A stretch of 64,000 bases of DNA from Trinickia sp. (GTDB lineage: Bacteria; Pseudomonadota; Gammaproteobacteria; Burkholderiales; Burkholderiaceae), in NCBI GenBank assembly GCA_036384755.1, contig DASVLS010000018.1, forward strand, positions 11,764-75,763. The letters are read 5' to 3'. How positions within the stretch are numbered: position 1 is the first letter of the stretch; the number at the start of each line of letters is the position of its first letter. Below are positions 39,825 to 50,200 of the stretch, piece by piece. Under the pieces are notes generated by a model, which worked only from the letters and a program-made list of their open reading frames with translations, made no database searches and had not been told where the DNA came from. The translations under genes and the position numbers were made by a program.

Positions 39825-40556
39825 TCAACCGTAGGTAACGAATTCGCGCCGTTGCGCGTGTTCGAGGTGCGGCACCGCGTTGAAGGAAACCAACGACATG
39901 GCGGCATCGTTGAAGACATACTGGCACACGCTGCTGTTGCGGATCTGCATGTTCAGCGCGATCGCGGTTGCATCGGGCGCTTGCAAGACTTGCTGCGCCG
40001 CGACCGCGATCGGGCCGCCCGAGCTCACGACGAGCACGCGTCTGCCGCCGCCGCGCTGAAGGTCCATACGTGCGCGCCGCACGCGTGCTTGGAATTCGGC
40101 CCACGTTTCGGGGACAACGCCCGGCAAGCGCGCGTCGGCCCAAAGCTGCAGGGCGCGCTTGAGCGTGCGATAGAAATGTTTCTTCGCACTCGCCGACGAA
40201 ACATCGGACGCGACATCATGCGACAGGCCATGCGACGCAACGCCGTGCGCCGCCACGCCCGAGGCCGGCAAGCCCGCTTCGCCCATCGCCGCGAACAATG
40301 CGCTGAAGTCGTATTCGTTCAAGCCGGCGTCTCGCACGGCCTCGACTCGAGGGCCGCCCATTGCCGCGACGATTTCGTCGGCGGTTTGCCGATGCCGCTG
40401 CATCGTCCCGGTCACGACACGGTCGAACCGCAATCCGGCCTGCGCGAAGTACTCCCCTAGCCAGCGAGACTGCGCGCGTCCCGACGGCGATAGTTCGTCG
40501 TAGTTCTCCGCGCCGAAAGATGCCTGACCATGCCGTACGAAATAGAGTTCCGCCAT
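39825..40556 (-). CDS. Histidine phosphatase (phosphoglycerate-mutase superfamily)
   Basis: MAELYFVRHGQASFG, LNEYDF and VVSSGG motifs. Confidence 0.9.
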   Translation of the reverse strand: MAELYFVRHGQASFGAENYDELSPSGRAQSRWLGEYFAQAGLRFDRVVTGTMQRHRQTADEIVAAMGGPRVEAVRDAGLNEYDFSALFAAMGEAGLPASGVAAHGVASHGLSHDVASDVSSASAKKHFYRTLKRALQLWADARLPGVVPETWAEFQARVRRARMDLQRGGGRRVLVVSSGGPIAVAAQQVLQAPDATAIALNMQIRNSSVCQYVFNDAAMSLVSFNAVPHLEHAQRREFVTYG

Positions 40557-40718
40557 GCCGTCGCCCCCTCTTCGTCTAGCAGAATACTCATCCGCGACGC
40601 ATTCACAAACTTTATTGTCGTAATACCGCGCGATAAATTTCGGTGACACCCCATGACCGGGTGCACGCTTCGCACGCGATTCGCCGGCCCACGGACGCGT
40701 TGGATTTTCCGCGAAGGC

Positions 40719-41618
40719 CTATCGATTCATTTCGCGCATCAAGCGGCCCACTTGCTCGCGCAGCCATAGGTGGGCCGGGTCGGCCGTCGCGCTTCGATGC
40801 CAGTAGCAATGCCATTCGAGCTCGGGCAACTCGAACGGCAATTCGAGAATGCGCGCGTCGTACCGCTGCAGCAGCACGACCGGCGCCGTCAGCGCGAGGT
40901 CCGTGCGCATGGCGATCAACGGCGCAACCAGGTAGTGCTGAACGCGCGTCTTGATCGACCGGCGCACGCCGAACCGGTTCAATTCGGCATCGACGAGACC
41001 CGGCCCCTGTGGGCGGCTCGACACGTGAATGTGACCGAAGGCCAGGTAATCGTCGAGCGTCAGCTTCTTCTTCCGATACGGATGATCGTGGCGCAGCATG
41101 CAGGCGTAGCGGTCGCGGCCCAGCGGCGTCTGTTCCAGGTACGGATCGTCGATGAGGGGGGCGTCGACGGCGAGATTGACCGCGCCGCTTGCCAGCGCCT
41201 CGGGGACGTCCCGGCGCGTCGTGAAGTAGCTCTCGATCCGTATGCCGGGCGCGAGCCGCTGCAGCACCTCCTCCAACGCGGGAAGCAACAGCGCCTCGGT
41301 CAGGTCCGTCATGCTTAGACGAAACGTTCGCTCCGACGAAGCGGGATCGAAACGTCCGCCCGCATGCGTGCTCGAATCGAGCAATTGCAGCGCTTCGCGC
41401 ACGCGCCCGATGATGTTTTCCGCTACGGGCGTCGGCACCATGCCCCCCGGCGTACTGACGAACAAGCGATCGTCGAACGCCCGGCGCATCCGCGCCAGTG
41501 CGTTGCTGACGGCGGGCTGCGTGATGAACAGCGCCTCCGCCGCACGCGTCAGATTACGCGTTCGGTAGACGGCTTCGAACACGACGAAAAGATTGAGATC
41601 GACATTCGATAAGCGCAT
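40719..41618 (-). CDS. LysR-family regulator (NodD/NahR-like)
   Basis: DLNLFVVFEAVYRTRNLTRAAEALFITQPAVSNALARMR; C-terminal DPAHLWLRE. Confidence 0.93.
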   Translation of the reverse strand: MRLSNVDLNLFVVFEAVYRTRNLTRAAEALFITQPAVSNALARMRRAFDDRLFVSTPGGMVPTPVAENIIGRVREALQLLDSSTHAGGRFDPASSERTFRLSMTDLTEALLLPALEEVLQRLAPGIRIESYFTTRRDVPEALASGAVNLAVDAPLIDDPYLEQTPLGRDRYACMLRHDHPYRKKKLTLDDYLAFGHIHVSSRPQGPGLVDAELNRFGVRRSIKTRVQHYLVAPLIAMRTDLALTAPVVLLQRYDARILELPFELPELEWHCYWHRSATADPAHLWLREQVGRLMREMNR

Positions 41619-41771
41619 TTTTTCGTTTTCCCCTGACGATCGCCGCCGACACGTGCACGCGTTCGCAAAGCGACGACCGGCACGGTATCACGGACGCCGC
41701 CCGCGGGCCGAAACGGCCTTGCCTCCAAAACGGCCCCATTTGCTCGGCGCGAGCGCCGCCCTGCGCATGCC

Positions 41772-41785
41772 TTGATCGGTGTCAA
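41772..41785. promoter_or_regulatory. FNR/Anr-like box upstream of the ACP-FAAL-acyltransferase gene
   Basis: TTGAT-cggt-GTCAA versus consensus TTGAT-N4-ATCAA. Confidence 0.65.
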
Positions 41786-41844
41786 GCCGGCCATCGCGCA
41801 AACGGAAAACAATCGATAAGGGTAACGTCGGGCGATGGACAAAG

Positions 41845-44745
41845 ATGGATACCGAAGCAACGCGGCCCCCGGCCATTGGCGCCGACGCGAGATTGCTCGC
41901 AATCGTTCGCACGCTCAGTCGTGAGCTGCACGGCGACACGAGCGGATACGTAGAGCCCACGCTCGACGCGGACTTCGAGCGCGATCTGGGCTTCGACAGC
42001 CTCGCGCGCGCGGAATTGCTAGGGCGCATCGAAAGCGAATTCGCTTGCCAGTTACCGCTGACCGCGTTTACCTCCGCCGCGACGCCCGCCGATATGCTTC
42101 GGCTGCTGACCGGCGAAACGCGGCGCGAGCACGTCCGGTCGAAGCCGGCCATCCCGCCGCCGGCGGGCGCCCCTTCAACATTCCGCCATGCCACGGCCGA
42201 ATTATCGATTCCTCGGCACGCGGCCACCCTCGTCGAGGCGCTGCATTGGCACGCCGACGAACACGGCGAACGAACCCATATCGTCTTGATCGAAGCGGAC
42301 GGCGCGACCGAATCGCCGATTTCCTATGGCGACCTGCGCGAGCGCGCCATGCGCGCCGCCGGTGGGCTGCGATCGCTCGGGATCGATGCCGGCGACACGA
42401 TCGCCTTGATGCTGCCCACCGGCCCGGACTTTTTCGTCACGTTCATGGCCGCGCTGCTGTGCGGCGCCGTTCCCGTTCCAATCTACCCGCCCTTGCGCGC
42501 GAGCCAACTCGGCGAGCACGTCGAGCGATACACGACGTTGCTGACGAACGCGCAAGTCAAAGCGCTCGTCGTGTTCGATGCGGTCAAGACCGTCGGTCGT
42601 CTGCTCGGCGCACGCGTACCGACATTGCGTCACGTCCTGACACCCGAGCACATCCCCTCGCTACCGTTTCCTGCCGCGGTGAGCGTTCATGCCGACGACG
42701 TGGCGATGCTTCAGTACACGTCCGGCAGCACCGGTCTGCCGAAGGGGGTGATCCTCGCCCATGCCAACCTGATGGCCAACATACGCGCGATGGGCGCGCG
42801 CATCGAAGTGCGGCCCGACGACGTACTCGTAAGCTGGCTGCCCCTCTCGCACAACATGGGACTGATCGCCGCCTGGCTCGCGCCGCTCTACTTCGGCATA
42901 CCGCTCGTCATCGCATCGCCGCTCGCCTTCCTTTCGCGTCCCGAAACTTGGCTGCACATGATCTCGCGCCACCGCGGCACCATCACGGCCGCGCCGAACT
43001 TCGCTTACGACCGGTGCGCGCGACATCTGGCCGCTGAAGCGCTCGTCGGTATCGACCTGTCGTCTCTGCGTCTCGCCGTTTGCGGTGCCGAGCCCGTGAG
43101 TCCCAACACCATGCGCGCGTTTTCCGATCGAATGCGCCTTGCCGGGTTCGACGCGCGCGCCATCACGTCCGTCTACGGCCTCGCCGAAAACACGCTGGCG
43201 TTGACGATCCCCCCGCCGGGGCGAGGGCTCACCGTCGACAAGGTATCGAGAGCGTCGCTGTCGCGCGAACGCCAGGCCGTGCCTACACAGAACGATGACA
43301 GCGCAATCGAAGTCGTGTCGTGCGGGGCGGTGCTGGCGGGCTCCGAACTGCGTATCGTCGGCGGCCATGGCCAAGCCTTACCGGAGCGCCACATTGGCAA
43401 GATCGAGTTCCGCGGTGCTTCGATGACGCGCGGGTACTATCGCAATCCCGATCAGAGCGCGCGTCTGATGGACGGCGAGTGGGCCGACAGCGGCGATCTC
43501 GGGTATGTAGCCGGCGGCGAGCTGTTCGTCACCGGCCGCGTCAAAGATATGATCATTCGCGGCGGCCGCCATTTCTTCCCGTATGAACTGGAAGATGCGG
43601 TCGGCCGGCTTTCGGACGCGGTCCTCGGCGGGGTCGCCGTATGCGGCGCAGTCGATCCCGAAAGGGGCACGCAACGCGTCGTGATCTTCGTCGAAACGGC
43701 TCAGGCCGATGCTGCCGCGCGCGCCAGGCTGGTCGAGCGCATCAATGCGACTACGATCGCCTGCTTTGGCGCGCCGGCTGAGCGCGTCGTGCTCGTGGCG
43801 CCGGGCGCCATTCCCAAAACGCCCGGCGGAAAGATTCAGCATGCCGCGATGATCGAGCAATTCGAGCGATCGGAGCACGAGCATCGGACACTCGAGGAAA
43901 CGACCGCGACGCCGCCCGTTTGGCGGCAATTGTCGAAAGCCGTAGGCGGCAGCGCCAAGTCTCTGTGGCGCCGCGCTGTCCGGCGCACGGGATCGCTGGA
44001 CTTCGGGCTCTGGTGTTGGGGGCTAGCCGTTTCGATCGCCTTCGTCGTGTTCTGCCGCGTCGCATTGAGCAAGAACGAGACGCGCAACTGGCACGCCGCT
44101 GCGCGCGGCGCACGCCTCTTTCTTCGTTTGGCCGGCCTGTCCCCCGAAGTCGCAGGGGCGCCTTCGTCGTTTCCTGCGTCCGCATCGATCGTTGCCGCCA
44201 ACCACACGAGCTATCTCGACAGCATCGTCCTGATGGCGTGGCTGCCGCACCCTGCGCACTTCGTCGCAAAGCGGGAGTTGGCCGACCGCCTCTTCGTCGG
44301 ACACCTTCTTCAGAGGCTCGGCACGCGCTTCGTCGACCGTTCGAATTATCGGCAAAGCGTCGAAGACGAGGCGCGACTCGAGCGTAGCGCGGGGAGCGAA
44401 ACTCTCGTCTATTTCCCCGAAGGCACCTTCGGGCCTGCAGCCGGGCTCGGCGTATTTCACCTCGGCGCGTTCCGCGCCGCGTGCGTGGCGGGCCGGCCTG
44501 TCGTGCCTATCGCGCTGCGCGGCGTCCGAGCGGTGCTGCGCGACGGCGAATGGCTACCCAAGCGGGGGCCGATCGAATTGACCGTGCTGCCGCCGATCAT
44601 GCCGCAAGGCGCCGACATGGCGTCGATCGCGAAGCTGCGCAGCGAGGTGCGGCACGCGATCTTGGCGCACTGCGGCGAACCGGAAATGATCGGCGCCGGC
44701 CCGGCCGGTTTCCGTCCACCGGAAGCATCGCCCTCCGATTCTTAA
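41845..44745 (+). CDS. ACP - fatty acyl-AMP ligase - TM - PlsC-type acyltransferase fusion
   Basis: ACP serine motif LGFDSL; adenylation motifs QYTSGSTGLPKG, CGAEPV, YGLAE, SGDLG, GRVKD; acyltransferase NHTSYLD (HX4D) and FPEGT. Start is approximate. Confidence 0.88.
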   Translation: MDTEATRPPAIGADARLLAIVRTLSRELHGDTSGYVEPTLDADFERDLGFDSLARAELLGRIESEFACQLPLTAFTSAATPADMLRLLTGETRREHVRSKPAIPPPAGAPSTFRHATAELSIPRHAATLVEALHWHADEHGERTHIVLIEADGATESPISYGDLRERAMRAAGGLRSLGIDAGDTIALMLPTGPDFFVTFMAALLCGAVPVPIYPPLRASQLGEHVERYTTLLTNAQVKALVVFDAVKTVGRLLGARVPTLRHVLTPEHIPSLPFPAAVSVHADDVAMLQYTSGSTGLPKGVILAHANLMANIRAMGARIEVRPDDVLVSWLPLSHNMGLIAAWLAPLYFGIPLVIASPLAFLSRPETWLHMISRHRGTITAAPNFAYDRCARHLAAEALVGIDLSSLRLAVCGAEPVSPNTMRAFSDRMRLAGFDARAITSVYGLAENTLALTIPPPGRGLTVDKVSRASLSRERQAVPTQNDDSAIEVVSCGAVLAGSELRIVGGHGQALPERHIGKIEFRGASMTRGYYRNPDQSARLMDGEWADSGDLGYVAGGELFVTGRVKDMIIRGGRHFFPYELEDAVGRLSDAVLGGVAVCGAVDPERGTQRVVIFVETAQADAAARARLVERINATTIACFGAPAERVVLVAPGAIPKTPGGKIQHAAMIEQFERSEHEHRTLEETTATPPVWRQLSKAVGGSAKSLWRRAVRRTGSLDFGLWCWGLAVSIAFVVFCRVALSKNETRNWHAAARGARLFLRLAGLSPEVAGAPSSFPASASIVAANHTSYLDSIVLMAWLPHPAHFVAKRELADRLFVGHLLQRLGTRFVDRSNYRQSVEDEARLERSAGSETLVYFPEGTFGPAAGLGVFHLGAFRAACVAGRPVVPIALRGVRAVLRDGEWLPKRGPIELTVLPPIMPQGADMASIAKLRSEVRHAILAHCGEPEMIGAGPAGFRPPEASPSDS

Positions 44746-44807
44746 GCGCGCGTTAATGTTGCCTTCGTATGCTGGCGGCCAGTTCATCTCACCCGTCGGC
44801 ATTCGTC

Positions 44808-45182
44808 ATGTTACTCACGCGCCACTGTGCTCGGATTCGTCTTTCAGTGTTCGCTTTGCTGTTCCTGGCCGCCTCCGCGGCTCGCGCAGGCGAAATCAAA
44901 ACGTTGATGCGGGATATGAAATCCGCCATGCGTGGGGCGATGGGCAGCAGCACCATGGCGCAATTCAGCGGATATGTCGCGCGCCTGGAAGGCGACGTGA
45001 CGCTGGCCAGCCGCCAGCCGTATCGCAGCGATCCCGCTACCTATCGAGAAGGCATGCAGACGCTCCAACGCGAATTCGGCCCTGTCGATGAAGCGATACG
45101 CGCGAACGATCTCGCGGGCGCGAAGAAGCAATTGGCAAAGATCGACCGCACCAAGCGCCACTATCACGACTTGTTGAACTGA
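44808..45182 (+). CDS. cybC: Periplasmic cytochrome b562
   Basis: Signal peptide ending AARA; GEIKTLMRDM (Met ligand), YREGM and KRHYH (His ligand) four-helix-bundle pattern. Confidence 0.78.
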   Translation: MLLTRHCARIRLSVFALLFLAASAARAGEIKTLMRDMKSAMRGAMGSSTMAQFSGYVARLEGDVTLASRQPYRSDPATYREGMQTLQREFGPVDEAIRANDLAGAKKQLAKIDRTKRHYHDLLN

Positions 45183-45221
45183 TCGACTGTCGTCCCTCCT
45201 GAGCACACGAGAATCGCCCCC

Positions 45222-45767
45222 ATGAAACGCCCGACGCCGTATCCGCTTTCCATCGTCTTCCTGCATTGGCTCCTAGCTGCCGCTTTGATCGGCAATTTCG
45301 CGATCGGCTGGGCGCTCGACGATAACGAAGACCTCATTGGACTGCACAAGTCCATCGGAATCGCCATCCTCTTCCTAGTCGCCTTCCGCCTTCTGAATCG
45401 ACTGAGGTTGCGGCGGCAACTACCGCCGTCCGTCAATGTACCGGGCACGTTGGCGCACCGCGCCGAACGCACAGTGCATGCGCTGCTCTACGCGGCGATG
45501 CTCGCGATTCCCCTGCTAGGGTGGCTCAAGACGAATGCGGCCGGCCACGCCGCCACCTTCTTCGGGCTCTTCTCGCTGCCCACATTGCTCCCCCACAATC
45601 GAACCTTATCGCACTGGTTGGGCGTGTCGCATTCCGCCGCAGCCTACGGGCTGGCCTGCCTGGTCGCGTTGCATGTGCTCGCCGCCTTGGCCCACGGGCT
45701 CGCAAAGACCGAGAACGTGCTGCCTCGCATCCTCCCCGTTCGAAGCCGGTCTTCGCGGCCGCAATGA
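45222..45767 (+). CDS. cybB: Membrane di-haem cytochrome b561
   Basis: FLHWL, LHKSIG, VHALLY, SH...ALHVLAALAH histidine pattern over four TMs. Confidence 0.88.
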   Translation: MKRPTPYPLSIVFLHWLLAAALIGNFAIGWALDDNEDLIGLHKSIGIAILFLVAFRLLNRLRLRRQLPPSVNVPGTLAHRAERTVHALLYAAMLAIPLLGWLKTNAAGHAATFFGLFSLPTLLPHNRTLSHWLGVSHSAAAYGLACLVALHVLAALAHGLAKTENVLPRILPVRSRSSRPQ

Positions 45768-45866
45768 CGAGCGCGACCGGCGCTCGCCTTTTCCCCTCTT
45801 CCGTGCGGTAGTCAACGGAGCGGCAATAGGCTTCGGGCTTTTCGGACGCCACGGCAAGCGAGTCCG

Positions 45867-45880
45867 TTGACTTGCGTCAA
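45867..45880. promoter_or_regulatory. FNR/Anr-like box upstream of the RND-SQR operon
   Basis: Symmetric TTGAC-ttgc-GTCAA; -10-like GAGAAT at 45902-45907, at roughly class II spacing. Confidence 0.6.
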
Positions 45881-46062
45881 CCGCCGGTCCCCCTGCAAGA
45901 CGAGAATCGAACGTGCTACGGGCGCTGGCGAATGCGCTCGCGTGCGGCGGCGTTCCGATCTGCCGTCGCCATGGGTTGCCGAGCAAGAGCACGAGCAAGG
46001 AATCTCGAAGACGTTCCTGGTGCCCTCGGCCGCAATGCATCTCGCGTTCGACGGGGACTGAC

Positions 46063-47217
46063 ATGCCGATTTCGCGTTCCATCCGCACGTTGCCGCCCGA
46101 TGCGGCGGGGGATGCCGGAACGCACGCTGCCGCGCACGGGAGCACGAAAACGAAAACGACAACGACAACGAACGCGAGTGCATCGCGATCGGGATCGCAT
46201 GCGCGCCTGCTGCTCGCCGCCTGCTGCGTCCTCGTGTTCGGCTCCGTCCATGCCGAGCCGCTAGCCACGCTCAAAATCGAGCCGATTCAATTGTCCGACG
46301 AATTCGTCGCCGATGCGGTCATCGAATCGGCGCGGCAAACGGACATCGCCGCGCAAGTCCCGGGGCGGGTGACCTCCCTGTACGTCAAAGCCGGCGATCG
46401 CGTGAGCGCCGGCCAGCGGCTGCTCTCAGTCGACCAGCGCGCGGCCGAACAACAGCTCGCGGCGGTGCAGGCCCAGGCCGCGGCGGCGCATGCCGAACGC
46501 GAAGTCGCACGGCGCGAGCTCGAACGAACCCAAGTCCTGTTCGAGAAAAAGTACGTCAGCCAAGCAGCCCTCGATCGCGCGAAAGCGCGCTACGAATCGG
46601 CGTCGGCCATGTCGCTCGCCCGGCAAGCCGACGCGCGCGCCGCCGCTGTGGAGCCCGCCTTGCGCAACATCGCCGCGCCCTACGCGGCGACCGTAGGCAG
46701 TGTAACCGTCGAACTCGGATCGATGGCCATGCCCGGAACGCCCCTTGTCACACTGTTCGATCCGAAGGCGCTGCGCGCGGTGGCGACCGTCCCGCAGTCG
46801 CGCGCCGCGCTGTTGCGCACCGACGCACCGGTGCGGATCGAGTTGCCCGATCTGCCGCCTGTCCAGCGTTGGCAAACGGCGAGCTCGGTCACGATATTGC
46901 CTCTGACCGACCCGCTCAGCGATTCCATCGCCGTGCGCTTGCCGTTGTCATCGCTCGCCGGCGAGGCGCTGCGGCCCGGTATGTTCGCTCGCGCGCATTT
47001 TTCGGTCGGCACGCCGCACCCGCGGATCATGGTGCCGCTGTCGGCCGTCGTGCGCCGCACCGAAGTGACCGCCGTCTATGTCGTCGCCCGCGACGGTACA
47101 GCGACGCTTCGGCAAATTCGTCTCGGCCAAGCGCGCGCCGACAAGGTCGAGGTGCTCGCGGGGCTGTCCGCCGGCGAGCGCATTGCGCTCGACCCACTCT
47201 CGGCTGCGCACCGCTGA
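46063..47217 (+). CDS. RND efflux periplasmic adaptor (MFP)
   Basis: IAAQVPGRVTSLYVKAGDRV lipoyl half, coiled hairpin, IAAPY, LRPGMFAR and VEVLAGLSAGERI motifs. Start is uncertain. Confidence 0.9.
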   Translation: MPISRSIRTLPPDAAGDAGTHAAAHGSTKTKTTTTTNASASRSGSHARLLLAACCVLVFGSVHAEPLATLKIEPIQLSDEFVADAVIESARQTDIAAQVPGRVTSLYVKAGDRVSAGQRLLSVDQRAAEQQLAAVQAQAAAAHAEREVARRELERTQVLFEKKYVSQAALDRAKARYESASAMSLARQADARAAAVEPALRNIAAPYAATVGSVTVELGSMAMPGTPLVTLFDPKALRAVATVPQSRAALLRTDAPVRIELPDLPPVQRWQTASSVTILPLTDPLSDSIAVRLPLSSLAGEALRPGMFARAHFSVGTPHPRIMVPLSAVVRRTEVTAVYVVARDGTATLRQIRLGQARADKVEVLAGLSAGERIALDPLSAAHR

Positions 47218-47234
47218 GCCCCCCGGAGCCGCAG

Positions 47235-50200
47235 ATGACGATACCCGCGCGCGAGCTAGGCATCTCCGGCCGCATCGCGGCCTTCTTCCAGCAGAACCGG
47301 ATCACGCCGCTCATCGCACTCGTTGCATTGCTGCTCGGGCTATTTGCGATGGTCATGACGCCGCGCGAGGAGGAACCGCAAATCAACGTCACGATGGCCA
47401 ACGTACTCGTGCCGTTTCCGGGGGCCAGCGCGCGCGACGTCGAACGCATGGTGGCAGGTCCGGGCGAGCAGGTCCTGTCGCAAATCAGCGGTACCGAGCA
47501 CGTCATGTCGGTATCGCGCCCGGGACTCGCCGTCCTCACCGTCCAGTTCAAGGTCGGCGTGCCGCGCACCGAAGCGCTCGTTCGACTCTACGACACCGTG
47601 TTTTCGAACGAGGACTGGCTGCCGAAGAATCTCGGCGTGTTGCCGCCGCTCATCAAGCCGAAGGGAATCGACGACGTGCCGATCGTCGTGCTCACGCTCT
47701 ATGGCACGCAGCCGGATACGAACGCGTTCGATCTCGAGCGCGTCGGTCATTCGATCGAGGCGGAGCTCAAGCGCGTGCCGGGCACGCGCGAAGTCGCCAC
47801 TCTCGGCGGCCCGCAGCGCGCCGTCAACGTCCTGCTCGACCCGGGGCGCATGCGCGCGGCGGGCGTCACGGTCGACGACCTGCACCGAGTATTGGCAGCG
47901 GCCAATGCGGGCGCCTCGGTCGGCGACCTGGTCAGAGACAACCGCAGCATCCACGTCGAAAGCGGTCCCGTGCTCGCCAATGCGAGGGACGTCGGGGACG
48001 TGATCGTTGCGGTGCATCGCGGTCGCCCCGTCTTCGTATCCGACGTGGCGTCCGTCGAAGAAGGGCCGCCGGCCGCGACGCACTATGTTTGGGAGGGCGT
48101 GGCAGGGGCGCATCCGGCCGAGCACCCGGCCGTCTCGGTCACGGTGACCAAGAAGCCCGGCGAGAATGCCGTCACGGTCGCGCAGCAGGTCCTACGCCGC
48201 GTCGACACCCTGCGCAACACCGTGATTCCGGCAGGCGTCCAGATCGAAGTCGCGCGCGACTATGGCCTCACCGCCAACGCCAAAGCGATGAAGCTCATCG
48301 AGAAGCTCGCGTTCGCCACCACGTCGGTCGTCGTGCTCGTGTTGTTCGCGCTCGGATGGCGCGAGGCGCTCGTCGTCGGCATCGCTGTCGTACTCACGCT
48401 AACCGCGACACTGTTCGCCTCTTGGGCATGGGGCTTCACGCTCAATCGCGTGTCGTTGTTCGCACTCATCTTGTCGATCGGCATTCTCGTGGACGACGCA
48501 ATCGTCGTCGTCGAAAACATCCATCGACATCATTCGATCCAGCCCGATGCGCCGCTCGCCGCACTCATCCCCGGCGCCGTGGACGAAGTGGGCGGCCCCA
48601 CGATCCTCGCCACGTTGACGGTGATCGCCGCATTGCTGCCGATGGCCTTCGTCACCGGACTGATGGGGCCATACATGAGCCCCATCCCGATCAACGCCAG
48701 CATGGGCATGGCGATTTCGCTATCGGTCGCGTTCGTCGTCACGCCGTGGCTCTCGCGCACCTGGATCGCGCGCGCCAAACATGGCGGCGATCACGGCGCG
48801 CGCGACAAACTGCGCATGAAATTGCTGCCCTTCTTCGAGCGCTTGTTCGCCCCGTTTCTCGACGAAGCGCGCGGCGCACGCAACCGTAAGCTGCTCTGGC
48901 TCGGCGTGGCGGGCGCCATCGCGCTCTCGCTCGCGCTGCCGGCTGTTCAATGGGTGGTGCTGAAGATGCTGCCGTTCGACAACAAGTCGGAGTTCCAAGT
49001 GGTCGTCGACATGCCCGCGGGCACACCGCTCGAACGCACATCGAGCGTGCTGCACGAGATGGGCGCGTATCTCGCCACCGTGCCCGAAACGGCCACCTAC
49101 CAAGCGTATGCCGGCCTATCTGCGCCGATCAATTTCAACGGCCTCGTGCGCCAGTACTATCTGCGTGCCGGCGCGAACGTGGGCGACCTCCAAGTCAATC
49201 TCGTCGATCAATCGAAGCGTCATCGGCAAAGCCACGCCATCGCGACGGACGTAAGGCCGACGCTCGAGCGAATCGCCGAGCGCAACGGCGCGCGCGTCAA
49301 GGTGATCGAAGTACCGCCGGGCCCGCCGGTGCTCGCGCCGATCGTGGCCGAGGTCTACGGCGCAGGCGAGGCGCAGCGAAACGCCGTGGCGCATGACATC
49401 CGCCGCGTATTTGCATCGACACCCGGCATCGTCGATGTCGACGACAGCACCGTAGCGGCCGCGCCGCAGCACGACTTCGAGCTCGACCGACGCAAGGCCG
49501 GGCTGCTCGGCATCTCGCAGCAAGACGTCGGACAAACGCTGCGGGCGGGATTGACGGGGGAAAACGTTGCTTACCTTCACGACGGCAGCAAGTACCCAGC
49601 CGCCGTACGTATCGCGCTGCCGGCAGGGCTTGGAGGCGACGCATCGGCGCTGCTCGCACTCGCGGTTCGCGGCGGTCAGGGGCAGCTCGTGCCGCTTTCC
49701 GAGCTCGTTCGCACGCGCGACACCACCATCGAGCAGCCGATTTATCACAAGGACTTGCTGCCCGTCACGTACGTGGTGGGCGATATGGCCGGTAAGGTCG
49801 ATAGCCCGCTATACGGCATGTTCGAAATGCGCAGCCGGCTAGCGAAGCTCGCGGTACCCGGCGGCGGCAGACTCGGCGAATGGTTCGTGCGCCAGCCCGA
49901 CGATCCCTATCGCGCGTTCTCGGTGAAATGGGACGGCGAATGGCAAGTGACCTACGAAACCTTTCGCGACATGGGCGTCGCCTACGCGGTCGGGCTCCTG
50001 CTCATCTACCTGCTCGTCGTCGCTCAGTTCGGCTCGTACCTGACGCCGCTCATCATCATGGCGCCGATTCCGCTCACGATCATCGGGGTGATGCCGGGCC
50101 ACGCACTGCTCGGCGCCCAGTTCACCGCGACGTCGATGATCGGCATGATCGCCCTGGCCGGCATCATCGTGCGCAACTCGATCTTGCTCGTCGACTTCAT

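Noticed and set aside
40195..40265. Imperfect repeats encoding GVAAHGVASHGLSHDVASDV in the histidine phosphatase
   Set aside because: In-frame degenerate loop expansion with no evidence of function.
46869..47234. ORF-track N-terminal extensions (RND from 46869, SulP from 53103, betC from 4081, ABC ATPase from 14883)
   Set aside because: They overlap neighbouring genes; later starts fit family N-termini, RBSs or stop/start overlaps better.
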